A DNA stretch of 64,000 bases from Deltaproteobacteria bacterium (GCA_040218735.1 JAVJQW010000023.1:704001-768000), one strand, 5' to 3'. Positions 1-10,175 are shown, counted from the stretch's first letter. Translations and numbers: made by a program. The notes: a model not told the origin generated them from the letters alone.

Positions 1-43
1 ACATCAGTACCGCACCACCAACCAACACACTCGTTTTGTTCAT
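1..43 (-). CDS. N-terminus of a probable secreted protein, truncated by the window edge
   Basis: ATG at 43..41 overlaps the TGA of the 43..1092 gene (TGATG coupling). It reads MNKTSVLVGGAVLM, which resembles a signal peptide. Confidence 0.55.
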   Translation of the reverse strand, partial: MNKTSVLVGGAVLM

Positions 44-1092
44 CACGCTTCGTCGCTCCCTTCGACGTCCATCGAATCAACCCAGCGCGGCAGCCAGAGC
101 TCGTCGACATCGACCGAAAGGGTCGTCCGACGCTCGCCGTCCTCGCGCATCAGGAGGAGGCGGTTCTTGCCCTCCTCCTTCGAAACCAAGACCAAGAATT
201 GCCCGTCCGGTGACCAGGACGGATCGAAGTGATCATCGCTCTTCTTCGAGAGCCGCCAGCTCGTGTGCTTCGTCGCGTGCGCGACGTGCAGCTTCGAGCC
301 GGTCTGCTGCGCGCGCACGGTGTACGCGACGAGCGGCTGCGCGGGGTGCCACGCGAACCGTTCGACGCGCGCGTGCGCGGGGGCCTCGCCGAGCTTCGTC
401 AGGCCATTGCCGTCGGCGCCGATCACGTACAGCTCGTCGCGCGTGTCGCGACCGCTGATGAACGCGATGTGTCGACCGTCCGCCGACCACGCCGGCTTGA
501 TCGAGTCGCCGGTGTGGGAAGTGAGGCGGCGCTGCGCGCTGCCGTCGGCGTTCATCACGAACAGGTCGAGCTGGCCGTGCCGGCTGCTCGCGAACGCGAT
601 CTTCGTTCCGTCGGGCGACCACGCCGCGTCGAAGTTGCCTTCGCGGTTGTCCGTCAGCCGGACGAGCTCACCCGTCGCGAGCTGCACCTTGTACAGGTCG
701 CGGAACGAAGCGCGCGCGGACTCGAAGAGGACCCACGCGCCGTCGGGCGAAAAGCGCGGGTGCCAGTCGAAGCCCGGCGCCGGCGCGATGACCTGACGTC
801 CGCCGAGCGCGGCGTCCGCGAGGACGATGTCGTCGTCGATCGTGAGCGCGACGCGATCCTTCGCGTCGCCGACGTACGCGCGCTCGTCCTGTGTGAGCCG
901 GCGGGCGTCGGTGCCGTCGGGGCGTACGCGGTACAGGGGGCTGGGGTCGTCGGCGTGGTGGCCGCCCGCGGAGAAGTAGACGTATCCGGGGAGGGCGCTC
1001 CGCTCGTCGGCGGTCAGCGGGCCACGGGGCGAGGCGTCACGGCACGAAGCAGCCGCAACGAAGAGCAGGACAGCGCCGACTCCGAACCTCAC
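43..1092 (-). CDS. TolB-like beta-propeller (PD40 repeat) lipoprotein
   Basis: Lipobox-like AAASC and repeated PD40 motifs (PRFSPDG, AWSPDGTKIAFAS, PAWSADG, PSWSPDG). Confidence 0.85.
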   Translation of the reverse strand: MRFGVGAVLLFVAAASCRDASPRGPLTADERSALPGYVYFSAGGHHADDPSPLYRVRPDGTDARRLTQDERAYVGDAKDRVALTIDDDIVLADAALGGRQVIAPAPGFDWHPRFSPDGAWVLFESARASFRDLYKVQLATGELVRLTDNREGNFDAAWSPDGTKIAFASSRHGQLDLFVMNADGSAQRRLTSHTGDSIKPAWSADGRHIAFISGRDTRDELYVIGADGNGLTKLGEAPAHARVERFAWHPAQPLVAYTVRAQQTGSKLHVAHATKHTSWRLSKKSDDHFDPSWSPDGQFLVLVSKEEGKNRLLLMREDGERRTTLSVDVDELWLPRWVDSMDVEGSDEA

Positions 1093-1322
1093 GCATCCAG
1101 TCGTAGAACCTCCGTGAAAGGGCCCCTATCCCCCGAATATCGAACGGGTTCCGAACTCATGTGTACTAGAGACATCAGTGCGGATGTCAGACACCTTCAG
1201 GTCGAGGCAGGCGGGGAGGTCGAGGCGGGGGGTGGGGAGCGCGAGATCGGCATCTGCGCACATCTACCCACCCCCTGTGGACTGGAATGTACAGCTGGGC
1301 CCTGAGCGGTGTGTGCAGACCG

Positions 1323-2366
1323 CTAGTCCACGCGGCTGCGCTCGCGTTCTGCGACATCCGACTCAGGCGGCATCCGATCGCGCGGCATGGAGTCGTCACA
1401 GTCGGCGGCCCAGCGGGCGAGGAAGACCCCACCGCGCGCGTCGTCGTTCGCGATGATGCGGCCGTGGATCACGCCGGCGGTGTCGCCGTTGCGCTGGTGG
1501 AAGCGGGCACGCACGGCGATGGTCTCGTCGTCGATGCGCTCGAAGGTGCCGCGGGCGCGAGCGATGAAGTCGCCGTTCAGGCCGACGAGCTTCGCGAAGA
1601 ACACGTGGCTGCCGTCCCCACGCACGCCGTAGCGGCCGCGGATGTGGCCGATGCGATCGCCGTCGCGGTTGCGCACGACGCCGAAGACCGCGCCGACGCC
1701 GTCGTCGCCGAGGCCGGTCGCACGCGCGCGGATGGTGCCGCCGCGACACTCGGCGCCGTCGCTCTCCCGGTGCATGCGGAACGCACGAACGTAGACCTGG
1801 CCGTTCGGCGTGCGGTGCATGCTCTCGTGGTCGACGAGCTCGCGGAGCGGAATGCCGATCGTGAGGCCGGCGGTTTCGATCGCGAGGCCCCGTGCGTCCT
1901 CGCCGAACCCGAGGACGAAGCGGGCGCCGTCGTGGTCGCCGGCGGGCGTCGCGGAGTGCCACGAGACGGTGCTGCGGTCTCGGCGGGTCAGCTCGGGATC
2001 TTCGCGGTCTTCCGTGATGACCTGGCCGCGCAGGAACGCGCCGCCTTGCGCCGCGACGGTGAAGCGCCAGCGCGCGTCCGTGGGGCGGGAGCGATCGACG
2101 AGGTGACCGTATCGAATGGACAGGCCGATGCGGACGCCGTCGGCGCGGTCCGTCTCGGGGGGCATCCGGACGTCGCGCTCGGCGCGATCCTCGGCGCGGA
2201 CGCGGTCGTCGCCGAACTCGGGCGCCTCGTCCGACGTGGAGAGGCCGGCGTAGGCCTGCTCGAGATCGGCGATGGCGCTGTTCGACTGCGATACAGCGGT
2301 GGACGCGTCAGGACCACCGCAAGCGATGAGGAGGAAGGGCGTGACGAGGAGAGTGATTCGCTTCAT
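1323..2366 (-). CDS. Hypothetical lipoprotein
   Basis: MKRITLLVTPFLLIAC signal and lipobox, GAGGTG upstream, coding-like composition. Confidence 0.75.
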   Translation of the reverse strand: MKRITLLVTPFLLIACGGPDASTAVSQSNSAIADLEQAYAGLSTSDEAPEFGDDRVRAEDRAERDVRMPPETDRADGVRIGLSIRYGHLVDRSRPTDARWRFTVAAQGGAFLRGQVITEDREDPELTRRDRSTVSWHSATPAGDHDGARFVLGFGEDARGLAIETAGLTIGIPLRELVDHESMHRTPNGQVYVRAFRMHRESDGAECRGGTIRARATGLGDDGVGAVFGVVRNRDGDRIGHIRGRYGVRGDGSHVFFAKLVGLNGDFIARARGTFERIDDETIAVRARFHQRNGDTAGVIHGRIIANDDARGGVFLARWAADCDDSMPRDRMPPESDVAERERSRVD

Positions 2367-2379
2367 GCGAACACCTCAT

Positions 2380-2395
2380 CGCAAGGCGCAGGCCA
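2380..2395 (-). promoter_or_regulatory. Putative sigma54 (-24/-12) promoter of the 1323..2366 lipoprotein
   Basis: Minus strand reads TGGCCTGCGCCTTGCG, with GG-N10-GC spacing and TTGC. Confidence 0.6.
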
Positions 2396-2422
2396 ACGGG
2401 GATCCATCGCGCGGCCCGTGAT

Positions 2423-2442
2423 CTGCGGACAGATGTCCGCAG
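2423..2442. promoter_or_regulatory. Perfect inverted repeat, candidate activator or operator site
   Basis: CTGCGGACA-GA-TGTCCGCAG in the divergent intergenic region, upstream of the sigma54-like motif. Confidence 0.5.
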
Positions 2443-2498
2443 CCGCCACGTGTGGGTTTGCCGACGGCAGACCGCAGTTCGTAGGGTAGAATCGAACG

Positions 2499-3701
2499 TT
2501 GTCGGCGCCACCCCAACCGTCGCAGATCCGCGTGGGCTCGGTGATCCTCGCCCGCTACCGCGTCGATCTCCTCCTCTCGCGCGGCGCGAGCCCGACGCTG
2601 ATGTGCACGCGCTACCCCGACGGCGAGAAGGTCCTCGTGCGCGTGCTCTTCGATCCGCTCACGCAGGCGAAGGGGCCCCTGCTCGTCCACCTCGTGAAGG
2701 AGGCGCACGTCGCGCTCGCGGGCCGCGCCGACATCGCGCGGATCCTCAAGTTCGGCATCGACCGGGCGACGGGCGCGCGATGCCTGGTCATGACCTACGA
2801 CCAGTCCGCGACGGCCGCGCAGATCGTCGATCCCGAAGGTCGCGAGAACCGCACCGCACACGCCTTCCTGGAGATCGCAGGCGCGCTCGTCGAGCGCCAC
2901 GAACACGACCGCCGCCAAGCAACCCCGGAAGCCGCGCGCGGCCGGCCGAACGCGGTGGCGCCACGCCCGCGCGAACACACCACGGGGCCCACGCGATCAC
3001 GATCGACCCCCGATGAACACGTCGTGTGGGCGCAGGCGAAGGTCGTCGACGGCGACGACACCGTGCGCGGCATCCCGCGCCGACAGCTCCACGCGATCGT
3101 CGCGTTCCTCGTCGTCTCGCTGGTGATCGGCGCGGCCGTGTTCAGCCAGGACCGCAAGATCGAGCTGCCGCCGCAGCTGTACCCCTGGTACCACGACTAC
3201 GGCGGCGGAACGACCGGCTACACCGACCTGTTCGACGGCCCCGCCGACCCGAACGATCCTTTTGCGAACGACCCCGACGTCCGCGCCGCGCGCGCCATGC
3301 GCATCACCGTCCGCTCCAACCCGAGCGGCGCGAACCTCTGGGACGGCATGCGGAACCTCGGTCGCACTCCGACGGAGATCCAGCGCCCGAGCCGCGGCAG
3401 CGAGATGGTGCTGCGCGTCTCGAAGGCCGGCTACGGCGAGACGACGCTCGCCGTCTCGTGGAACAGCCCGCGCTCGCTGAAGGTCACGCTGGGCGGCGGC
3501 AACATCGGCGACGAGACCTCGAAGTTCATCCAAGAGCTGAAGCGCCAGAACGCGACGGGGATGGAGGAGATCGAGAAGGCCGTCGGCGAGAAGGCGCCGA
3601 CGGAGCTCGGCAAGCCGGACGGCCTCCCCGAGGTCGAGTCGCTGCCGAAGGGCCTCCCAAAGGTCGAGGGCGCGGTGCCCGAGATCTACGAGGACGAGTG
3701 A
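2499..3701 (+). CDS. Membrane protein with a degenerate kinase N-lobe, TM helix and PEGA domain
   Basis: ILARYRVDLLLSRG...CLVMTY resembles a kinase N-lobe with no HRD or DFG. TM segment AIVAFLVVSLVIGAAVF. PEGA-like VRSNPSGANL...GRTP...VSKAGY. Confidence 0.7.
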   Translation: MSAPPQPSQIRVGSVILARYRVDLLLSRGASPTLMCTRYPDGEKVLVRVLFDPLTQAKGPLLVHLVKEAHVALAGRADIARILKFGIDRATGARCLVMTYDQSATAAQIVDPEGRENRTAHAFLEIAGALVERHEHDRRQATPEAARGRPNAVAPRPREHTTGPTRSRSTPDEHVVWAQAKVVDGDDTVRGIPRRQLHAIVAFLVVSLVIGAAVFSQDRKIELPPQLYPWYHDYGGGTTGYTDLFDGPADPNDPFANDPDVRAARAMRITVRSNPSGANLWDGMRNLGRTPTEIQRPSRGSEMVLRVSKAGYGETTLAVSWNSPRSLKVTLGGGNIGDETSKFIQELKRQNATGMEEIEKAVGEKAPTELGKPDGLPEVESLPKGLPKVEGAVPEIYEDE

Positions 3702-3707
3702 GGCGCT

Positions 3708-4244
3708 CTATCGCGAGGGCCGGTACTCGGCGATCGAGTCCGTCGGGCGTTGCGTCTCGTAGACGCGGGTGAAGTCGACGCGCACCCGGTCGTCCTGCAC
3801 CGCCTTCGCGGTGACGCGATAGAGCCACTCGCTGATGCGCTCGCTGGTCGGGTTGAACGGGAAGACCGCGATCTTCATGCCCCCGGGGAAGCGGGTCTCG
3901 GCGCCTTCGAGCTCCACGTGCGGAAGCTCCAACGTGTCGATGCGCCCGTGCAGCTCGCGGCGGCTCTCGAGGAGCGCGACACCCATCGGCTCGAGCTGCG
4001 CGGCGATGTCGTCGTAGGTGTCGGCGCCGAGCGCGAGCGAGTGATCGAGGAGCTGGTGGCAAGGCCGAAGCACGTTCTTCTTGAGCACGGCGAAGTCCAC
4101 GACGAAGCCCTGCGCGTCGAGCTCGTCCGCCGACACCCCGACCTCGAAGCGCCAGGTGTGCCCGTGGATGTTGATACACGCGCCTGCGTGCCCACGGATG
4201 TGGTGCGCGAAGTCGATGTCGATGCTCTTGGTGATCAGATACAT
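3708..4244 (-). CDS. queD: 6-carboxy-5,6,7,8-tetrahydropterin synthase (PTPS family)
   Basis: FAHH, C-x3-HGH (CINIHGHTW), VVDF, LDH, NPTSE and C-terminal VYET motifs. Confidence 0.85.
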   Translation of the reverse strand: MYLITKSIDIDFAHHIRGHAGACINIHGHTWRFEVGVSADELDAQGFVVDFAVLKKNVLRPCHQLLDHSLALGADTYDDIAAQLEPMGVALLESRRELHGRIDTLELPHVELEGAETRFPGGMKIAVFPFNPTSERISEWLYRVTAKAVQDDRVRVDFTRVYETQRPTDSIAEYRPSR

Positions 4245-4278
4245 CGCGTCGACCGACTAAAGCGGACGAAGCAGGGCC

Positions 4279-5451
4279 CTACAAGCCCAAATCTTCCTCA
4301 GGCCCCCGCGTGGTCACCACGTCGTTCTCACTCGCCCACGCCGCGAGGTCCTTCCGCTTCAACGCCGCGGCCATCAGCTGGGGGAACAACGCCGGCGTAC
4401 ACGCGAAGGAGGGCACCCCGAACGCGGCGAATTCGGCCGCCGTCTCCTTGTCGAACCAGGGCGCCCCCGCGTCGTCGAGCGACAGCAGCGTCACACAATT
4501 CACGCCCGAAGCCGCGAGCGCGCCCATGCGTTTGATCATGCGCTTGCGGTTACCCCCCTCGTAGAGGTCGGTGATCAGCACCAAGATCGTGTCCTCGGGC
4601 CGCGTCACGAGCCCCTGCACGTACCCGAGCGCCCGGTCGATATCCGTGCCACCCCCGAGCTGGACGCCGAACAGCAGATCCACCGGGTCTTCGTGCAGCT
4701 CCTCGGTGAGGTCGACGACCGACGTATCGAACACGACGAGGTGTGTCTTCACGGAGGGCAGCGACGCAAGCACCGCCGCGAACACGCCGGAGTAGATCAC
4801 GGACTTCGCCATCGACCCGCTCTGGTCGACGCACAGGATCACCTCCCGGACCTCCGCGCGCCGCCGCCCGAAGCCGACGAGCCGCTCCGGAATCACCGTC
4901 CTCAGCTCCGGCTGGTAGTGCCGCAAGTTGGCTTGCACCGTTCGGCCCCAGTCGATGTCCTTCAGCTTCGGTCGCCGCCGACGCTGCGAGCGATCCACCG
5001 TGCCCACGATCGCATCGCGCAACGGCTGCTCGAGGCGCGCGATGAGATCGTCCACCACCTTGCGCACGACCTGGCGCGCCGTGTCCTTGGTGTGGTCGGG
5101 GATGACGTGTTTGAGCGACAGCAACGTCGCCACCAGATCCACGTCCGGCTCGACCGCCTCGAGCATCTCCGGTTCGAGGAGCATCTGCGCGAGGCCGAGC
5201 CGATCGAACGCGTCCTTCTGCATCACGCGCACGACGTCCTTGGGGAACAGGCTCCGCACGTCGCCGAGCCACCGCGCGACGCGCGGCGCGGACGCACCGA
5301 GGCCACCGCGCTGGTGTCCGTCCGGTTGCTCGCCGTAGAGCGTCTGGAGCGCGGAGTCGATCCGCTGGTCCTCCGTGGACAGCTCCGAGGACGACTCCTC
5401 CGGATCCGCCGCGCCGAGCACCAACCGCCACCTTCGTTTCTGCTCGCTCAC
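4279..5451 (-). CDS. vWA/CoxE-like domain protein (YehP-like)
   Basis: Probable start is GTG 5451 (GTGA overlap with the upstream stop). RRWRLVLG, MIDAS DQSGSM, GGGTDI and ITDLYEG motifs. Confidence 0.85.
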   Translation of the reverse strand: MSEQKRRWRLVLGAADPEESSSELSTEDQRIDSALQTLYGEQPDGHQRGGLGASAPRVARWLGDVRSLFPKDVVRVMQKDAFDRLGLAQMLLEPEMLEAVEPDVDLVATLLSLKHVIPDHTKDTARQVVRKVVDDLIARLEQPLRDAIVGTVDRSQRRRRPKLKDIDWGRTVQANLRHYQPELRTVIPERLVGFGRRRAEVREVILCVDQSGSMAKSVIYSGVFAAVLASLPSVKTHLVVFDTSVVDLTEELHEDPVDLLFGVQLGGGTDIDRALGYVQGLVTRPEDTILVLITDLYEGGNRKRMIKRMGALAASGVNCVTLLSLDDAGAPWFDKETAAEFAAFGVPSFACTPALFPQLMAAALKRKDLAAWASENDVVTTRGPEEDLGL

Positions 5452-7634
5452 AGCCCCAGCATCCTCTCCACCAGCAAGCGCGCGGCGTCGGCGCGCGCGG
5501 GGTCGATCCGCTCCACACGTTTCACTTCCTGGATGCGCCCGCGCTTCACGCGCTCCGTCATCTGGCGACGCTCCGGCGCGGTGAACGTGGCAAACGTCCT
5601 GCGCAGCAGCGGCAAGAGCATCCCGAACGCTTCCTCCTCCAGCGACGCGAGCCACCGGTCGAGCACGGCCCACAGCCCTTCGTCGTACACGAGGATCTGC
5701 CCCGACCCGCGCAGGAACCCCTCCGCGAACGCCGCCGCGCGCGCCGGCTCCGCCGCGGTCGACAACGCGTACGACAGACCACGCTCCACGGCGTCGCGGT
5801 CGGTGCGGTTGGCGTCGAAGCTCAAACGCATCGCACGTCCCCTGAGCAGCGCCGGGTACGGCTCGTGCGCCGCCACCTTCGACAGCGCGTCGAACCACAG
5901 ATCGCGGTGCGCCTCCACCAAGCCGATCGCGCCGTGCACGTTCATCACGTGCGTGAACATGTCGTCCGCGGCGTCCTCGTTCAGCCCCGACACCGCCGCT
6001 GGCAAGCCGACCGCCACGCGCGTCACGAAGTCGTCGAGCACGTCCCGCACGACCTCCGTCGACGTCCCACGCACGTCACCGTAGCGAACGAGCTGCGCGA
6101 GCTGCGGGATCGCGGCCATCAGGTGCGTCAGGTCCGCGACCATCGCCGCGCGCGACTCCAACGCTGCGAGCACCTTCGGCACGAGCTCGGGGAGCTCCGC
6201 GAACATCACTTGTCGCAGCAGCACCGTCAGCGCCGACAGCTCTTCGATCTTCTCGACGCGCTCCGCCGCGAGCTTCTCCGCCGCGCTGTCGATCGTCCCG
6301 CCGTACACCCCCGCTTCGATCAACCGGATCGCGAACTCCGGCTCCCAACACAGACGCCACTCCTCTTTGAACGTCCCGAGCCCGGCGCCGCGATCGCCGC
6401 CGACACCCCACGGGACACCGAGCAGCTCGAGGCGCCGGAGCAGCACACTCTTCTCGAGGTCCCGCGGTTTGCGGAGGTCCAGCGTGACGACCTTCTCCGT
6501 CGCCGAAGGTTTCAGCCGCAATCGCTTCTGCTGCTTCGCGAGGTCCCGCATCAGCGGCACCATCGGTGTGTCGCCCGGGACGGACCCGAGCGCCTGCCCA
6601 ACGATGAGCTGCTCGTGCACGAGCTTCAGCGGGAGGACGTTCCCGAAGAGCATCACCGTTTCGATCGCGTCGTTCATCTCGTCGAGCCCGGGGAGCGGCC
6701 GACCGCGCAACGACGCGAGCGCCTCCGCCATCCGTACCGTCTCGATGACGTGCGCGGAGGACACGTCGATCCCCTCCGCGCGCAGCAGCCGCGCGACCCG
6801 CGTGAGCCACGACGCGACGACGTCCTGCGCGTGCGTGAAGAGGTGGTGATACCAACCCGGCGAACGCACGCCCGCGCCGTAACCCGCCGCGACGGAGAGG
6901 CGCCCGTGGGTCCAGGGGATCAGCGTGCACTCGACCTTCTTCTTGGGGAGCCCGCGGAGAATCTGCCGGTCGACCTTCTCGGCCGGGAGCTCCGTCAACG
7001 CGGGCACGTGCCACGCGCCGCACACGACCGCGATCTCTTCGCAGCCCTCCTTCATCGCGGCGCGGATCGTCTTGCGCATGTACGCCTCGCGCATCGACTC
7101 CCGCTTCGACTCCGCCTCCCCCTTCGCGAGGTCCCACGACAGCTCGCGGCGCAGCGAGGTCATCGCGTAGCGGATCGCTTCGAAGATCTCGCGCGCGTCC
7201 TGCCGCTCCTCGACCATGTGCTCCCACCACCGCTCGCTGTCCTCGTAGCCCGCGGCGTTGGCGATCAGCGACAGCGGATCCCCGCGCACGCGCTCCCGCT
7301 TCTCGGGTTTGTCGTCCAGCGCGAGTGAGTGGGTGATCGGCAGATCCATGAACCGCACCGGCACGCCGTGTTCGACGGCGTAGCGCGCGGCGTGAAGCTC
7401 CGGCGAGAACGCGGCGAACGGGTAGTAGACGGCCTCGGTGGGATCGTCCTTCGCGTGGATCAGGATCGCGACCGGCGGCTGCAGGCCCTCGTCGGCGAAC
7501 AGCGGTAACAGCGCGTCGGCGTCCGGCGGCCCCTCGATGAGGACGCAGTCCGGCCTCAGCTGACGAAGCGCCAGCGCGAGGCTCTTGGCGGACCCGGGGC
7601 CGTGATGCCGGATCCCGAAGACGTGGACGCCCAT
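5448..7634 (-). CDS. DUF5682 family protein (YehM-like)
   Basis: GIRHHGPGSA, LIEGP, FSPE, VVCGAWH and GYGAGVRSPGWY motifs. Confidence 0.85.
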   Translation of the reverse strand: MGVHVFGIRHHGPGSAKSLALALRQLRPDCVLIEGPPDADALLPLFADEGLQPPVAILIHAKDDPTEAVYYPFAAFSPELHAARYAVEHGVPVRFMDLPITHSLALDDKPEKRERVRGDPLSLIANAAGYEDSERWWEHMVEERQDAREIFEAIRYAMTSLRRELSWDLAKGEAESKRESMREAYMRKTIRAAMKEGCEEIAVVCGAWHVPALTELPAEKVDRQILRGLPKKKVECTLIPWTHGRLSVAAGYGAGVRSPGWYHHLFTHAQDVVASWLTRVARLLRAEGIDVSSAHVIETVRMAEALASLRGRPLPGLDEMNDAIETVMLFGNVLPLKLVHEQLIVGQALGSVPGDTPMVPLMRDLAKQQKRLRLKPSATEKVVTLDLRKPRDLEKSVLLRRLELLGVPWGVGGDRGAGLGTFKEEWRLCWEPEFAIRLIEAGVYGGTIDSAAEKLAAERVEKIEELSALTVLLRQVMFAELPELVPKVLAALESRAAMVADLTHLMAAIPQLAQLVRYGDVRGTSTEVVRDVLDDFVTRVAVGLPAAVSGLNEDAADDMFTHVMNVHGAIGLVEAHRDLWFDALSKVAAHEPYPALLRGRAMRLSFDANRTDRDAVERGLSYALSTAAEPARAAAFAEGFLRGSGQILVYDEGLWAVLDRWLASLEEEAFGMLLPLLRRTFATFTAPERRQMTERVKRGRIQEVKRVERIDPARADAARLLVERMLGL

Positions 7635-7638
7635 ACCG

Positions 7639-8727
7639 CTAAAGCTGCTCGCGACACGCGCGGTACAGATCGCCCCAGGCCTCGCGCTGCCGCACCACTG
7701 CTTCGAGGTACTCCTTCCACGCGATGCCGTCCTGCACCGGGTCCTTCACCACCGCACCCGTGATGCCGGACGCGATGTCCGAGGGGTGCAGCGTCCCGTC
7801 GCCGAAGTGCGCGGCCAACGCGAGCCCGCTCGACATCACCGAGATGATCTCCGCCGTCGACAGCGTGCCCGTCGGCTGCTTGAGCTTCGTGCGCCCGTCC
7901 TCCGTCTTGCCGCCGCGCAGCTCACGGAAGATCGTGACGACCCGACGAATCTCCTCGAGCGCCGGCTTCTCAGCCGGGATCTCCAACGCACGCCCCAACG
8001 CCGCGACGCGGTCGGCGACGATCGTCACCTCCTCGTCCGCCGTCGCGGGCAGCGGCAACACCACCGTGTTGAAGCGACGCTTCAGCGCGGACGACAGCTC
8101 GTTGACGCCCTTGTCGCGGTTGTTCGCCGTCGCGATCACGTTGAAGCCACGCACCGCCTGCACCTGCGTCCCGAGCTCGGGGATCGGCAGCGCCTTCTCG
8201 GAGAGCACGGTGATCAACGTGTCCTGCACGTCGGAGGGGATGCGCGTCAGCTCTTCGATGCGCGCGAGCGCACCCTCGCGCATCGCGTTCATCACCGGGC
8301 TCGGCACCATCGCGCCCTCGGTCGGCCCCTCGGCGAGGAGCTTCGCGTAGTTCCATCCGTAACGAATCGCGTCCTCTGCGGTGCCGGCGGTGCCCTGCAC
8401 GAGGCGTTTGGAGTCGCCGCTGATCGCCGCCGCGAGGTGCTCCGAAACCCACGACTTCGCGGTGCCCGGCACGCCGTACAACAGCAGCGCGCGGTCCGTC
8501 GCGAGCGTCGCGATGGCGACCTCCATCAGCCGCTGCTGGCCGATGTACTTGGGGCGCACCTCGAAGCCGTTCGCGAGCTTCCCGCCGAGCAGGTACGTCA
8601 GCGTCGCCCACGGCGAGAGCTTCCAGTTCGGCGGACGCTGCCGGTCGTCGATCTTCGCGAGCTCTTCGAGCTCCTCCGCGAACTCGTCTTCGGCCTGACG
8701 TCGGATGAGTTGTTCGTTCATGGTCAT
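7639..8727 (-). CDS. MoxR-type AAA+ ATPase (YehL subfamily)
   Basis: Walker A variant GVPGTAKS, RIEELTR, ATANNRDKGVNELSSALKRRF. Confidence 0.9.
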   Translation of the reverse strand: MTMNEQLIRRQAEDEFAEELEELAKIDDRQRPPNWKLSPWATLTYLLGGKLANGFEVRPKYIGQQRLMEVAIATLATDRALLLYGVPGTAKSWVSEHLAAAISGDSKRLVQGTAGTAEDAIRYGWNYAKLLAEGPTEGAMVPSPVMNAMREGALARIEELTRIPSDVQDTLITVLSEKALPIPELGTQVQAVRGFNVIATANNRDKGVNELSSALKRRFNTVVLPLPATADEEVTIVADRVAALGRALEIPAEKPALEEIRRVVTIFRELRGGKTEDGRTKLKQPTGTLSTAEIISVMSSGLALAAHFGDGTLHPSDIASGITGAVVKDPVQDGIAWKEYLEAVVRQREAWGDLYRACREQL

Positions 8728-10175
8728 TCGTCTTCCTGCAGGGCCGCGGTCATGGCGGCCCGTCGTTCGAGGGCTTCGAGGCAGTCGATGAGCGACTTCT
8801 TCCAGTAGGAGCGCTCCGAGATGTGCATCACGAGTTGTTTCACGGCGGGGAGCGAGCTGGGCGCGAGCTTGCGCCCGGCGTCGCGCAACACGTTGAACGC
8901 GGGGAACTCACCGAGCCGCTCCTCACTCGCGACGAGCTTCCCGATCGCGGCGACCACCTGCTTCGACAGCTCGACGTTCCAAGGGCCATCGACCTTCGGG
9001 AGGTGGAACAGCGCGCGGTGCAGCGACAGGTGCGAGGTCGCGCGCTTCAGCACGCGGAGGAACAGCGCCTCGCGACGCTCCGCCGGGAGCGCGCTCCACA
9101 GCGCGCCGTCCTCTTCGACCTTCTCGAAGATCAGCGCCTCCAACCAGTCGTCGGCGCCGTACGCCTTCGCGGCCGACGCAAAGCCGGGCGCGAGCAAGTT
9201 GCGTTGCTCGCTGCGCAGCAGCGCTTCGACGAGCCGCGGCGCGTTTCGCTCGAACGCGGCTTCGTACGCGGTGGGGGGCGTCGCCTCGAGGATCTGCGTG
9301 AGACACCAGTGGAAGCCGTCGGCGCTGGCGTCCGACTCGACGATCCCGTCGCGGAGCATCGCCTCGTCGATGGCGGTCGGGAGTGTGACCTCCCAACCCT
9401 CCGCCGAGACACGAACGAACTCGAGCGCGCGCTCGATCATGCGCTTCGCGCGGCGTGACTCGGGGAGGCGACCGAGGACCCTCGCAGCGGCGCGACGAAC
9501 CTCCTTCGACTTGTCGTCGAGGCACGACTCCAGGAACGGCTCGTCGTCCATCGTGAGGCCGGTGCGCAGCGTCTCGACCAGCGCCGTGCGCACGCGCGCC
9601 TTCTCGGCGGGGAGCGCCTTTTCGACCGCCGCGCGCGCGCCGGCGGGATCGATCTTGCGCCAGCCCTCGAGCTGCCGAGTCTGCTCTTCCGCGGAGGCGG
9701 CCTCGAACGCCTCCACGTCCGGCGCCTCGGGGCGCGCCAACGCGTAGCGCCACGCTTCGTTGTGGCGCGCGAGCCAACGACCGCGCTCTCCGATCACCGC
9801 GCGCACGCGCTCTGCGAGCTTGGGGTGATGTCGACCGGCTTCGAGGATCGCGGGGAGGAGGCGCGGCGGCAGGCAACGGTCGGCGTTCGCGACGCCGTCG
9901 AGCCACTCGGGCAACAGCTCGCGATGCCGCGGCTCGTAGAGGAACAACGTCCCGTGCGCGACGGCGCGCGCGCCGATGTAACGCTGGTCCTCCGGCGCGC
10001 AGATCTCAGGCCGTGGGGTCTGAGCGTCGTCGGGGAGTCGGCCGGCGTCGCGGGTGATCAGCGTGAGCGCGGCGGCGTCGAGGAGCGCCTTTTCGGCGTC
10101 TTCACCCGCGGACGCATCGCGCTCCACGCCGAGGAGCGCCTGCTTCACGATCTGGTCCCAGGGCTGCGTCACCAC
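8724..10175 (-). CDS. DUF5691 family helical protein
   Basis: ALLG N-terminus, GERGRWLA, DEPFLESCLDDKSKEVR; overlaps both neighbouring genes. Confidence 0.8.
   Translation of the reverse strand: MVTQPWDQIVKQALLGVERDASAGEDAEKALLDAAALTLITRDAGRLPDDAQTPRPEICAPEDQRYIGARAVAHGTLFLYEPRHRELLPEWLDGVANADRCLPPRLLPAILEAGRHHPKLAERVRAVIGERGRWLARHNEAWRYALARPEAPDVEAFEAASAEEQTRQLEGWRKIDPAGARAAVEKALPAEKARVRTALVETLRTGLTMDDEPFLESCLDDKSKEVRRAAARVLGRLPESRRAKRMIERALEFVRVSAEGWEVTLPTAIDEAMLRDGIVESDASADGFHWCLTQILEATPPTAYEAAFERNAPRLVEALLRSEQRNLLAPGFASAAKAYGADDWLEALIFEKVEEDGALWSALPAERREALFLRVLKRATSHLSLHRALFHLPKVDGPWNVELSKQVVAAIGKLVASEERLGEFPAFNVLRDAGRKLAPSSLPAVKQLVMHISERSYWKKSLIDCLEALERRAAMTAALQEDE

Noticed and set aside
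1093-1322. 230-bp intergenic region with a duplicated AGGTCGAGGC and G-runs, as a possible ncRNA or riboswitch
   Set aside because: I could not recognise any conserved RNA motif by eye; an Rfam/Infernal search would be needed.
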